Assembly: GCA_003563385.1 (NCBI GenBank)
Contig: PWRZ01000180.1
Coordinates: 1 to 55,807, forward strand
DNA from: Syntrophomonadaceae bacterium
GTDB lineage: Bacteria > Bacillota > Dethiobacteria > DTU022 > UBA8154
DNA: 55,807 nt
Direction: 5' to 3'
Part shown: positions 1-9,777 of the stretch, one piece after another
Layout of the letters: every line of letters starts with the position of its first letter
How positions within the stretch are numbered: the first letter of the stretch is position 1
Made by a program: the position numbers and the translations under genes
The notes under the pieces: model-generated
Seen by the model: only the letters and a program-made list of their open reading frames with translations
Told to the model about the DNA's origin: nothing
Databases searched by the model: none

Positions 1-617
1 CCGCCGGCGGTTACCTGGTGTTTTCTTCAGTGGAAGCTTTCCGGGTTGGGGTAACGACATCACCGGGTATGTGGGCGGCAATCGCGGCGCTGATATCCAT
101 CGCCGTAAAGGAGCTGCTTTTCCGCTATACGTGGAAACTGGGGCAGAAGATTAAATCCTGTGCCATCCTGGCCAATGCCCGGGACCACCGCTGCGATGTT
201 TTTTCATCGCTGGCCGCCCTGGTTGGAGTTACCGGTGCACGGATGGGGGATTACATCGGTTACAGCGCCCTTTACTACCTCGACACGCTGGCCGGCATAG
301 TGGTATCGGTACTCATTATTCGCATGGGAGTAGAGATCCTGCGCGATGCCGGGAAAGAGCTCATGGACGGTATGTGCCCGCCGGAAACGGTGCAGGAGAT
401 CAACCGCATAGCGCTGCAGGTCCCCCGGGTAAAAGAAGTGCAGAGCATACGGGCCCGCTGCAGCGGGCCGGGGGTGCTGGTGGACCTGGAGATAGGTGTG
501 GAAGGAAAACTGAGCGTAGAGGAAGGACACCAGGTGGCACACGATGTAGAGGACAGGTTGCTTCAGGAAAAAGAGGATATTCTTTCTATAATCGTGCACG
601 TGGCGCCATCTGAGTAG
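1..617 (+). CDS. Cation diffusion facilitator (CDF/FieF-like) transporter, 5'-truncated by window edge
   Basis: Frame open from window start; TM helices with KELLFRY, ANARDHRCDVFSS, DTLAGIVVS and C-terminal dimerisation domain (SVEEGHQVAHDVEDRL...IIVHVAP). Confidence 0.88.
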   Translation, partial: AGGYLVFSSVEAFRVGVTTSPGMWAAIAALISIAVKELLFRYTWKLGQKIKSCAILANARDHRCDVFSSLAALVGVTGARMGDYIGYSALYYLDTLAGIVVSVLIIRMGVEILRDAGKELMDGMCPPETVQEINRIALQVPRVKEVQSIRARCSGPGVLVDLEIGVEGKLSVEEGHQVAHDVEDRLLQEKEDILSIIVHVAPSE

Positions 618-655
618 CCAGGTGCATTTTTTCTTTTTAATTCTTGCTTTAAAAA

Positions 656-683
656 GCAGGATTATAAGCACTTAAGAGAGAAA
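656..683 (+). promoter_or_regulatory. Candidate sigma-H-type promoter for the fdh operon
   Basis: GCAGGATTA...GAAA: AGGA (658-661), 18 nt, GAAA (680-683); one mismatch to the AGGA-N17/18-GAAT SigH consensus. Confidence 0.35.
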
Positions 684-727
684 ATAAATAAGGTTTTTAA
701 AATGATAAGCTTTGCAAAAAGGAGGTT

Positions 728-1219
728 ATGGTATTGAGTGAGGCAAAAGCTGCGGTTATAGAAGAGGATTTTGATTTAGACAGGACAGAAAACTTGCTGC
801 AGGAGTTCCTGGACAAAAAAGGAGTTATGGTCCCCGTTTTACAAAAAATCCAGGACGAGTTTGGCTACCTGCCGAGACCGGCCCTCGAATACACGGCCAG
901 AAGGCTGCGTATTCCCGTCAGCAAAGTCTTCGGGGTAGCCACATTTTATGCCCAGTTTCACCTTCACCCGCGGGGCGAGAATATTGTCAAGGTCTGCCGC
1001 GGGACGGCCTGCCATGTCAGGGGTGTAACCGAGGTGGCCGACAAAATGAAGGAGCTTTTGAAGGTGGGCGTGGGAGAGACGACCGAAGATATGAAGTTTA
1101 CCTATGAAGAAGTAGCCTGTATCGGTGCCTGCGGCCTGGCTCCTGTAATGATGATCAACGACCAGACATTCGGCAAACTTGCCCCGGACAAGCTTGAAGG
1201 AATCCTGGAGAAATTTTAG
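728..1219 (+). CDS. NuoE/HydC-like [2Fe-2S] subunit of NAD-linked formate dehydrogenase complex
   Basis: LQKIQDEFGYLP, VATFYAQF, VCRGTACHVRG and ACIGACGLAP (four [2Fe-2S] Cys); SD AAGGAGG upstream. Confidence 0.93.
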   Translation: MVLSEAKAAVIEEDFDLDRTENLLQEFLDKKGVMVPVLQKIQDEFGYLPRPALEYTARRLRIPVSKVFGVATFYAQFHLHPRGENIVKVCRGTACHVRGVTEVADKMKELLKVGVGETTEDMKFTYEEVACIGACGLAPVMMINDQTFGKLAPDKLEGILEKF

Positions 1220-1252
1220 GGTCTTTCTTTAGAGGAAGGGAGAGAGGAGACC

Positions 1253-1432
1253 ATGGAAAAATTTATCGACCCCTGTTGCGAAGAGTGCTTTAACAGCAAA
1301 GAAAAACCCTGCGAACAGTTTGTAGAATGCTGTCTCTCGGGCCCTTTATGCCATGAAAGTGACGAATGCGCCGCCAAGCGGAAGGCCATTGTAGAAAGGC
1401 TTGCCCACAGCAAGGGTTACTTGGAAATATAA
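1253..1432 (+). CDS. Small Cys-rich protein (59 aa, 8 Cys), missing from ORF track
   Basis: Hand translation MEKFIDPCCEECFNSKEKPCEQFVECCLSGPLCHESDECAAKRKAIVERLAHSKGYLEI*; purine-rich SD (GAGAGGAGA) directly upstream; fills the gap between nuoE-like and nuoF-like genes. Confidence 0.75.
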   Translation: MEKFIDPCCEECFNSKEKPCEQFVECCLSGPLCHESDECAAKRKAIVERLAHSKGYLEI

Positions 1433-1459
1433 ATTCAAGGCCAGGAAGGAGGGAAATTA

Positions 1460-3244
1460 GTGTACGAAAAACATATTCTTATCTGCGCCGGTACCGGGTG
1501 CATTTCATCAGGTGCCCTGCCGGTCAAGGAAGTGCTGGAAAATGAGCTGAAAAAACATAACCTGGAGGACAAGGTCCGCATCATTCTTTCCGGTTGCCAC
1601 GGCTTCTGCGAAAAGGGACCCATTTTTATTGTATTCCCGGAAGATATATTCTACTGCGAAGTAACAGCCGAAGACGTTCCCGAGCTGGTGGAAGAGTATC
1701 TTGTTAAGGGCAACATCGTGGATAGGCTGCTCTATAAGGACCCCACGACCGGGGAGACTGTCACCTCGCACGAGGACATCCTCTTTTACAAAAAGCAGCT
1801 GAGACTGACCCTTCGAAACTGCGGTGTAATCGACCCGGAAAACATCGATGAGTATATTATCCGCGGCGGCTACGACGGGCTGAAAAAGGCCCTCAGCATG
1901 GAGCCGACAGAAGTTATCGATACGGTTAAAAAGTCCGGCTTGAGGGGGCGCGGCGGGGCCGGGGTCCCCACCGGTGTAAAATGGGAGTTTGCCTATAACA
2001 GCGCCAGCGACAAGAAATACGTGGTCTGCAACGCTGACGAGGGTGACCCCGGGGCCTTCATGGACCGCAGCGTCCTGGAGGGCGACCCCCACGCCGTCCT
2101 GGAGGGGGTGCTCATCGCCGGGAAGGCCATCGGCAGCGACGAGGCATACATCTACGTGCGGGCCGAGTACCCGCTGGCAGTACGCCGCTTAAGGACGGCC
2201 ATTGCACAGGCCGAAGAATACGGACTCATAGGAGAAAATATCCTCAACAGCGGTTTTAATTTTAAGGTTAATGTAAAGGAAGGCGCCGGTGCCTTTGTCT
2301 GCGGGGAGGAGACAGCCCTGCTTAAATCAATTCAGGGCGAGAGGGGCATGCCGCGGCCGCGGCCGCCGTTTCCTGCCGTAAAAGGTCTCTGGGACCAGCC
2401 CACCTGTATAAACAACGTGGAGACATTTGCCAACGTTCCCCTTATCTTCCGCAAGGGCGCTGACTGGTTTGCCTCCGTGGGGACCGAGGGGAGCAAGGGG
2501 ACCAAGATATTTGCCCTTACCGGAAAGGTCAACAATACCGGCCTCTGCGAGGTCCCCATGGGCATTACCATAAGGGAGATCGTCTTCGATATCGGCGGCG
2601 GTATTCGCTTTGACAAGAAATACAAGGCCGTGCAGATCGGCGGGCCTTCCGGCGGCTGTATCCCGGAGGAGCACCTGGACCTGCCCGTTGACTTCGACTC
2701 CCTGACGGCAGCCGGGGCCATGATGGGCTCCGGGGGTCTCGTGGTCATGGACGAGGAGACCTGCATGGTGGACCTGGCGCGCTATTTCCTCGCCTTTACC
2801 CAGAACGAGTCCTGCGGCAAGTGTACGCCCTGCCGCGAGGGTACCAAGCGCATGCTGGAAATGCTGGAGCGCATCACCGAGGGTAAGGGCGAAGAGGGTG
2901 ACATTGAGCGCCTGGAGAAGCTGGCCGTGACCATTAAGGACAGCTCGCTCTGCGGGCTGGGGCAGACGGCACCAAACCCGGTGCTGACCACGCTGCGCTA
3001 TTTCCGGAACGAATACGAGGCCCATATATTCGACCGGCGCTGCCCGGCCGGGCTCTGCAAGGACCTGCTCGTCTACTACATCGACCCGGAGCTGTGCAAC
3101 GGCTGCCGTGCCTGCCAGAAGGTCTGCCCTGTCGATGCCATAACGGGCGACAAGAAGGAGCCCCACGTGATAGACGAGAGCAAGTGTATAAGCTGCGGCG
3201 CCTGTTTAGAACGCTGCAAGCAAAATGCCGTTAAGACCAAATAG
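1460..3244 (+). CDS. NuoF/HydB-like FMN/NADH-binding subunit
   Basis: N-terminal thioredoxin-like [2Fe-2S] (CAGTGC..GCHGFC), SGLRGRGGAG, NADEGDPGAFMDR, GAFVCGEET, ESCGKCTPCREG, CPAGLC, C-terminal 2x[4Fe-4S]. Confidence 0.95.
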   Translation: MYEKHILICAGTGCISSGALPVKEVLENELKKHNLEDKVRIILSGCHGFCEKGPIFIVFPEDIFYCEVTAEDVPELVEEYLVKGNIVDRLLYKDPTTGETVTSHEDILFYKKQLRLTLRNCGVIDPENIDEYIIRGGYDGLKKALSMEPTEVIDTVKKSGLRGRGGAGVPTGVKWEFAYNSASDKKYVVCNADEGDPGAFMDRSVLEGDPHAVLEGVLIAGKAIGSDEAYIYVRAEYPLAVRRLRTAIAQAEEYGLIGENILNSGFNFKVNVKEGAGAFVCGEETALLKSIQGERGMPRPRPPFPAVKGLWDQPTCINNVETFANVPLIFRKGADWFASVGTEGSKGTKIFALTGKVNNTGLCEVPMGITIREIVFDIGGGIRFDKKYKAVQIGGPSGGCIPEEHLDLPVDFDSLTAAGAMMGSGGLVVMDEETCMVDLARYFLAFTQNESCGKCTPCREGTKRMLEMLERITEGKGEEGDIERLEKLAVTIKDSSLCGLGQTAPNPVLTTLRYFRNEYEAHIFDRRCPAGLCKDLLVYYIDPELCNGCRACQKVCPVDAITGDKKEPHVIDESKCISCGACLERCKQNAVKTK

Positions 3245-3266
3245 AAAGGGCAAAGGAGGGAAATGA

Positions 3267-5933
3267 ATGGTTTCTCTGACAATAAACGGCCAGAAAGTAG
3301 AAGTAGAACCGGGAACAACCATATTGCAGGCTGCTGAAAAGCTCGGCATCTCCATTCCCACCTTCTGTTACGACCCGGAGCTGACGCTGGTGGGTGCCTG
3401 CCGCATCTGCGTGGTAGAAGTGGAAAAGGCCCGCACCCTGATCGCTTCATGCTGCACACCTGCCGCAGAAGGCATGGTAGTGCATACCGATTCGGAGCGG
3501 GTCCACGAAGCCCGCAGGGAGAACCTGAGCCTGCTGGTGGCCAACCATCCGCCGGAATGCCTCACATGTGAGAAGACGGGGAGCTGCCGCCTGCAGGACT
3601 ACTGCTACCAGTACAGGGTTGAGAAGAGCGACTACAAGGGAGAGATGAAAGAACATCCCCTGGACGACAGCAACCCCTTCTATATCAGGGATATGAACAA
3701 GTGTATCCTCTGCGGCCTGTGCGTGCGCAAGTGCTATGAAATAAACGGGGCCGCCGCTATAGATTTTATTAACAGGGGTTTTGATGCAAAGATAACACCG
3801 GCCTTTGACGAGCCCATGGAAAACTCCCCCTGCGTTTTCTGCGGCATGTGCGTCGATGCCTGCCCGGTGGGGGCCCTCACTCCCAGGCAGAGTATAGGCA
3901 GGGGACGCCAGTGGGAGCTGACGACGGTAAAGACGATCTGCCCCTACTGCGGTACCGGCTGCGGTATTGAGCTGCTGGTGAAAGACGACGAGGTTGTGGG
4001 CGTAAGGGGTGATACTTCCAACCCCGTCAACAGGGGCCAGGTCTGTGTCAAGGGACACTTTGGAATTGACTTCCTGCACAGCCCGGAACGCCTCACCAGG
4101 CCGCTGGTCAGGAAAAACGGTGAGCTGGTGGAAACTTCCTGGGACGAGGCCCTCAACGTCGTGGCAGAGAAGATGAAAGGGGCGCAGGGCACAGAGCTGG
4201 CCGGCCTTTCTTCAGCCCGGGTCACCAACGAGGAAAACTACCTCTTCCAGAAGCTCCTGCGCATGCGGGGCACTAACAGCATCGACCACTGTGCCCGACT
4301 CTGACACGCTCCCACAGTAGCCGGTCTGGCTACAGCATTTGGAAGCGGAGCGATGACCAACAGCGTAGGGGAGATCGAAGATGCAGAGGCCCTGTTCATA
4401 ATTGGTTCAAACACCACCGAGACCCATCCCGTTATCGGGTACAGGGTAATAATGGCCCGCAAAAAAGGCGCCGCCTTGATCGTGGCCGACCCGCGCGCCA
4501 TTGAGCTGGCCGAATACGCCGACGTTTTCCTGCAGCTCCTGCCGGGGACGAACGAGGCCCTGCTAAACGGGATGCTCAACGTTATCATTGAGGAGGGCCT
4601 GGTTGACGAAAACTTCATCAACGAGAGGACAGAGGGCTTCGACCAGGTCAAGGCGGCCATACAGAAGTATACCCCCGAAAAAGTGCAGGAAATAACGAGG
4701 GTGCCGGCAGATGACATACGCCGGGCGGCACGCCTCTACGCCGGGGCGGAGAGCGCGGCCATTCTTTACACCATGGGTGTAACACAGTTTACCAAGGGCA
4801 CCAACTCGGTGCTGGCCATCGCCAACCTGGCCATGGCTACCGGCAACCTGGGGAAAGAGTTCAGCGGTGTAAACCCGCTCCGGGGCCAGAACAACGTCCA
4901 GGGCGCCTGCGATATGGGAGCGCTGCCCGTTGTCTATACCGGCTACCAGCGCGTGGACAACGAGGAAGTGCGCGCCAAGTTTTCGAAGGCCTGGGGAGTT
5001 GACCTGAACCCGACACCGGGCCTGACGGTAACGGAGATATCGGACGCCGCCCTGGAAGGGAAAGTAAAGTTCCTCTATATCATGGGCGAGAACCCGGCCC
5101 TCAGCGACCCCCATCTCAACCACCTCATGGAGGCCCTCGAAAAAACGGAATTCCTGGTGGTCCAGGATATATTCCTGACCGAGACGGCCGCTAAGGCCGA
5201 CGTGGTCCTGCCGGCAGCTGCTTTTGCCGAGAAAGAAGGCACTTTTGTAAACACGGAGCGCCGGGTGCAGATGCTGGGCCGGGCTGTTTCCCCTCCAGGC
5301 GAGGCAAAAGCGGACTGGATCATCCTGCAGGAGCTGGCCGGCAGGCTGGGCATTAACTGGAACTATTCTTCTGCAGAGGATATTTTTGAAGAGATCGCCT
5401 CCTTGACCCCGAGCTACGCCGGGATCAGCTACCGGCGGCTGCAGGATGAAGGAGGGCTGCAGTGGCCCTGCCCCACTCCCGACCATCCGGGGACAAAGTT
5501 CCTGCACCAGGGGCAGTTCGTAAAGGGCAAAGGGCTCTTTACCCCCGTGGAGTACGCGGACCCCGCCGAAAAGGCCGACGGCGAATACCCGCTCCTTCTT
5601 ACTACCGGGCGCAATCTTTACCACTACCACACCGGCTCCATGACCCGGCGCAGCGAAGCCATCGCCGAGTTTAAGGACGAGGAGAGAATCCAGGTAAGCG
5701 TCGAAGATGCCGAAAAAATGGGTATCAAGGACGGGGATACCGTCAAGGTGTCCTCCCGCAGGGGAGAGCTGCAGGTAAAGGCCCAGGTGACGGAGATAGT
5801 TCCGCCGGGGGTCGTTTTCATGACCTTCCATTACAGCGAGGCCGCGGTGAACCTGCTTACCAACAATGCTCTTGACCCGGTGGCCAAGATACCGGAGCTG
5901 AAGGTCTGTGCTGTGAAAGTGGAGAAAGTGTAA
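3267..5933 (+). CDS. fdhA: Formate dehydrogenase alpha subunit, selenocysteine-containing (888 aa, Sec346)
   Basis: ORFs 3267-4304 and 4353-5933 are in one frame; UGA at 4302-4304 sits in DHCARL-U-HAPTVAGL, the metal-ligand position of FdhF-type enzymes; N-terminal NuoG/HydA-like FeS domains, CPYCGTGC, LRGQNNVQGACDMG, C-terminal molybdopterin domain. Confidence 0.95.
4305..4346 (+). promoter_or_regulatory. Bacterial SECIS hairpin downstream of the Sec UGA
   Basis: GTAGCC (4317-4322) / GGTCT loop / GGCTAC (4328-4333) perfect stem beginning 12 nt after the UGA, with a possible imperfect lower stem. Confidence 0.7.
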
Positions 5934-5960
5934 AGTGACCGGTTAGAACAACACGTTATC

Positions 5961-5998
5961 GGGGAACCGCCTTCAATGCAAACCGGGGGCGGTTCCCT
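5961..5998 (+). terminator. GC-rich hairpin after fdhA (terminator or processing stem)
   Basis: GGGAACCGCC...GGCGGTTCCC inverted repeat; weak U tract. TATAAT at 6011-6016 suggests fdhD may have its own promoter. Confidence 0.55.
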
Positions 5999-6035
5999 CT
6001 CTCATGAGGGTATAATAGGGTATAACGAGGGAAGG

Positions 6036-6839
6036 ATGGGCAATAAAATGATTGGGAGCAGCAACGGCACTGCAGAAGTGGAGATAGTGCGCGTAAAAGA
6101 CGGGCGGCGCAGCGGGGAAAAAGACCTGGTCGTTGCCGAGGAGCCGCTGACAATATTTTTTAACGACAGGGAGTTTGTAACCCTGCTGTGCTCGCCGGAA
6201 AATGTGGACCGCCTCGCTTTGGGCTTTCTTCGTTCCGAGGGGCTGATCACTGATGCAGAAGAGATAGATGAGGTAAAGACGGACCGCGAGCGCGGCATTG
6301 TTTTTGTCAGTACCAGGGTGCAGACGAACATGGTGGAAAAGCTGTACGGGAAAAGGACGATCACTTCCGGCTGTGGTAAGGGGACCGTTTTTTTCAATGT
6401 TCTCGACTCCCTGCAGAGCAAGCCGGTAGAATCTTCTTTTAAAGTCAGCTCCCGGGCGCTGCTGGCGCTGATGTCTTCCCTGCAGAAAGATTCCCTGGTG
6501 TATAAAAGCACCGGTGGAGTTCACAGCGCCGCCCTTGCCGATGAAGAGGAGATACTCTTTTACAGTGAAGACATCGGGCGGCACAATGCCGTGGACAAAA
6601 TTGTCGGGGAGTGTGTGTTAAAAAAAATAGCGCTGGATGATAAAATTCTCCTTACCAGCGGGCGCCTCACTTCGGAGATAGTGATCAAGGGCGCCAAGCT
6701 GCGCTTTCCCATTATCGTGTCCCGCTCGGCCCCGACATCTTTAAGCGTCGAACTGGCCCGGAAAACGGGCTTAACGCTTGTGGGGTTCGCGCGCGGCAGG
6801 CGCCTGAATATATATAGCCATGATTACCGGGTAACATAA
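6036..6839 (+). CDS. fdhD: Formate dehydrogenase accessory sulfurtransferase FdhD
   Basis: EEPLTIF, TSGCG, TGGVHSAAL, EDIGRHNAVDKIVG, TSGRLTSEIV, SAPTSL; start chosen at ATG 6036 after GAGGGAAGG. Confidence 0.95.
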   Translation: MGNKMIGSSNGTAEVEIVRVKDGRRSGEKDLVVAEEPLTIFFNDREFVTLLCSPENVDRLALGFLRSEGLITDAEEIDEVKTDRERGIVFVSTRVQTNMVEKLYGKRTITSGCGKGTVFFNVLDSLQSKPVESSFKVSSRALLALMSSLQKDSLVYKSTGGVHSAALADEEEILFYSEDIGRHNAVDKIVGECVLKKIALDDKILLTSGRLTSEIVIKGAKLRFPIIVSRSAPTSLSVELARKTGLTLVGFARGRRLNIYSHDYRVT

Positions 6840-6932
6840 AATAAATAGCCGCCTGTAGCTCTGCTGACACTGCCGCAGCCGATTTGGGGGAGACGGTTGA
6901 AATTATATGAAATTATAGATGTTGTAACTGGC

Positions 6933-7769
6933 TTAAATTTTGGCAGCTGCCGGAGGGGCAAGGCGCTTTGCGGTTACGTTTATCCTGGCGACCTGGAAGC
7001 CGGTGAGGCTTACTATCTTGCTTTTGACCTCGTCCTGTACCTGCCTGATAATATCGGGCAGGTAAGCGCGCTTGAATTGCAAAACGACCTCCATGTTGAT
7101 GACCATCCCGTTAACGGTGGTCACGATGGAAGTTTTGTAGGCCCTGTGTACTCCTTCCACCTGCTGGGCGACGTGGACCGCGATCTGCTCGATGGCGTGC
7201 TCGGACAGGAAGTAGTTGCCCAGGGAGCTGTAGAGGGGGCGTACTACGGAATACTCGAGGGTTTGGGGGGGGGAGGAGTGGCTTTTGCCCAGGAAAAAAG
7301 CCTTGATCGGGTCCAATATGTAACCGGGGAAGTCCTTTTCAATGGCAAAGGTGGGAATGGGGATGGCGTGGCGGTTTTCCTTTTCCCTTATTCCCAGGGC
7401 CTTGGAGATCTCGCTGGGTCCCGCTATTTCTTCAATCCTGATAATCTCCTCCGGGATGGGAAGCTCAAGACGCTGCACTATCTGTTCGATCATGCGTTCC
7501 GATATGCCGATGACAAGGATCCTGTCGGGAAGCAGTTCCTTGATCTTGTTGCGTACCTGGGAGGCGTGCTCGTGGTCAAGGAAAACGGCCACCTTTGTGG
7601 CCGCCATCCTCGTTTTTTCTCTCTTGGCAGAGCGGCCGGCCAGGACCTGGTTCCCCTTGATGAGCAGCCCGTCATCAATGATATATTTAATTCCAAGGCG
7701 GTAGGCCAGCAGGGCGGAGCGGTGGCTTTTACCGGTACCGCTGCTTCCAACCAGGGCGTACGTTTTCAT
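6933..7769 (-). CDS. P-loop NTPase domain fused to Asp23/Gls24 family domain
   Basis: N-terminal GSSGTGKS Walker A and IIDDGLLI; C-terminal IRQVQDEVKSKIVSLTGFQVARINVT typical of Asp23/Gls24. Confidence 0.75.
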   Translation of the reverse strand: MKTYALVGSSGTGKSHRSALLAYRLGIKYIIDDGLLIKGNQVLAGRSAKREKTRMAATKVAVFLDHEHASQVRNKIKELLPDRILVIGISERMIEQIVQRLELPIPEEIIRIEEIAGPSEISKALGIREKENRHAIPIPTFAIEKDFPGYILDPIKAFFLGKSHSSPPQTLEYSVVRPLYSSLGNYFLSEHAIEQIAVHVAQQVEGVHRAYKTSIVTTVNGMVINMEVVLQFKRAYLPDIIRQVQDEVKSKIVSLTGFQVARINVTAKRLAPPAAAKI

Positions 7770-7872
7770 CTTCGCTCTCCTTTTTTTGTGCGTTCAGTAT
7801 ATCATAACCAACCGCTGTTTGTCGACTTCATTATAATTTCTAATATAATTTTAAAAAAAATAATCTTCCCAG

Positions 7873-7900
7873 GCAGGATTTCCTTCTAATTTTTACGAAT
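7873..7900 (+). promoter_or_regulatory. Candidate sigma-H-type promoter for regulator/mmc cluster
   Basis: GCAGGATTT-N12-TACGAAT; AGGA to GAAT spacing 18 nt. Confidence 0.55.
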
Positions 7901-7958
7901 ATTCTAAGGTGAGAAAAGATGAGAAAAGAGTATCCAGTGGAGGGAGGCTAAAAGGATT

Positions 7959-9659
7959 GTGGTAACAAAAGTAGCCTTAATTACCGAAGGAGAAAGCGGA
8001 TACTCTGCATTTAAAGTTCTAAGAGAAATGGAAGAGCAGGTGTCAATTGCGGGCATAGCCGATATAAAGGGGGATTTTTCCTGGCTCAAGCAGACCGAGA
8101 AAAGGCGGTACTTTGCCACCAATGACCTGGCCAAGCTTCTTTCTCTGGCAGACATTGATGTCGTACTGAACACTGTCGGCTCTGAAGAGGTGAGACGTTT
8201 GTTAAATGAGCTGAAGGCCCCCTCGGTGGACGTTTTGGAAGCCGGTCCCGGAAGTCTTTTGACGACTCTCCTGGAATCGAAGGAAGATCTCCTGGAAGCG
8301 AAGAGGTTGAAGGGTGAGCTGTGGACCGTCCTTAATTCGGTGCAGGAGGCCATTGAGGTGGCCGACAACAGCGGTGTGATCAAGTATGTAAACCCTGCCT
8401 TTACCAGGGTGACCGGCATTATGGAAAAAGACCGGGTTGGCAGGAACATATTCGAAGTATCCCCGCAGGGGGCACTGGCCCAGGCCCTTATCAGGCAGAA
8501 ACCGGTCACCGGCTACCGCACTACCGTCGGGGGCTCCGATGTGGAGGTTATTTCAAATGCTGTCCCCATCATGGTGGAGGGCGAGGTTGAAGGAGCGGTT
8601 GTCGTCTTTCAGCTGGTAACGGATATTTTGAAGCTGGTAGACGAGCTACAGAAAAGCAATGTTGTCATCGAGAACCTCTACGACCGTATTGACCAGATAA
8701 CCGGCAGCAAGTTTACTTTTAATGATATTATCGGTGGAAGCAAGGTGTTTAAAGCGGTCGTCGATATGGCCAGGCAGGCGGCCAAAAGCGATTCCCCTGT
8801 GCTGATAACAGGTGAAAGCGGTACCGGCAAGGAGATGTTTGCGCACGCCATTCACCATGCCAGCTCCCGCTACAGGCGCCCGCTGATCAAAGTGGACTGT
8901 TCGGCCCTTCCCGACTCCATGCTGGAGCTGGAGATATACGGGTATGAAAAAGGGGCTTTCTGCGGGGCCATGCGCACGAAAATGGGCAGAGTTGAGCTCG
9001 CCGACAAGGGCACTCTCCTGCTCGACAACCTCGGGGAAATGAACCTCAACTTCCAGGAGAAGCTGGTAAACTTCATTCGCGAAATGCAGTTCAGGCGCAC
9101 TGGCGGTAAAGAAACGATCAAGGTTAACGTGCGCGTTATCGCCACGACCTCGCAGAACTTGAAGAGCCTGGTGCAGCGCGGGCGTTTCCGTGAGGATCTT
9201 TACTTCCAACTGCAGGTAATAGACCTTAAGATACCCTCGCTGAGACGGCGCCTTGAAGATGTCCCCCTGCTCGTGAACAGCTTCATAGAGAAATATAACC
9301 GCAAGCTGGGCAAAAATGTGCAGGGTGTATCTTCGGAAGCGATGCAGATGCTCACCAACTACGAGTGGCCCGGCAATGTTAAAGAGCTGGAGTTTGTCGT
9401 TGAAAGGGCCATGGTTCTTGCCGACGGCACCAGGATTGAAAAAGAACAGCTGGCCCCCTATATCGCCCGCTTTACGAGCATGGGCATGCCCAATATCGGC
9501 GAGATTATCCCGCTGGAGAAGATGGAGCAGATGATGCTGAAGACCGCCCTAACCCGTTACGGGGAAACGCTTGAAGGCAAGAAAAAAGCAGCTCATTCCC
9601 TGAACATTTCCCTGTCTACTCTCTACAACAAGATAAAAAAATACAAGGCCAACCTGTAG
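7959..9659 (+). CDS. Sigma-54-interaction (bEBP) family regulator: Rossmann-like + PAS + degenerate AAA+ + Fis HTH
   Basis: PAS (YVNPAFTRVTG), Walker A GESGTGKE, GAFCGA loop, WPGNVKEL, HTH AAHSLNISLSTLYNKIKKY. Confidence 0.9.
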   Translation: MVTKVALITEGESGYSAFKVLREMEEQVSIAGIADIKGDFSWLKQTEKRRYFATNDLAKLLSLADIDVVLNTVGSEEVRRLLNELKAPSVDVLEAGPGSLLTTLLESKEDLLEAKRLKGELWTVLNSVQEAIEVADNSGVIKYVNPAFTRVTGIMEKDRVGRNIFEVSPQGALAQALIRQKPVTGYRTTVGGSDVEVISNAVPIMVEGEVEGAVVVFQLVTDILKLVDELQKSNVVIENLYDRIDQITGSKFTFNDIIGGSKVFKAVVDMARQAAKSDSPVLITGESGTGKEMFAHAIHHASSRYRRPLIKVDCSALPDSMLELEIYGYEKGAFCGAMRTKMGRVELADKGTLLLDNLGEMNLNFQEKLVNFIREMQFRRTGGKETIKVNVRVIATTSQNLKSLVQRGRFREDLYFQLQVIDLKIPSLRRRLEDVPLLVNSFIEKYNRKLGKNVQGVSSEAMQMLTNYEWPGNVKELEFVVERAMVLADGTRIEKEQLAPYIARFTSMGMPNIGEIIPLEKMEQMMLKTALTRYGETLEGKKKAAHSLNISLSTLYNKIKKYKANL

Positions 9660-9777
9660 TTAAAAGGTTTAACAGGTGGACTTTCCGCTCAAACACCGTC
9701 CAGGCTTTTTAAGAGGCGGCGGTTTGCTTGGCTGTCCCCGTTAGAGGAAACAGATAAACGGAGGTGAGTGTAAGTAA

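Noticed and set aside
3267-5933. Two separate genes or an fdh pseudogene
   Set aside because: Same frame, UGA at the conserved Sec/Cys ligand and a SECIS-like hairpin follow.
6897-7889. 330-aa plus-strand ORF (and other long antisense ORFs such as 4563-5831, 14788-15930, 45315-46319, 52368-53354)
   Set aside because: Shadow frames of well-supported genes on the opposite strand; no recognisable motifs.
9700-9735. Sigma-54 promoter before sucC (AGGCGGCGGTTTGCT)
   Set aside because: GG to GC spacing is 9 nt, not the required 10, and there is no TGGCAC core.
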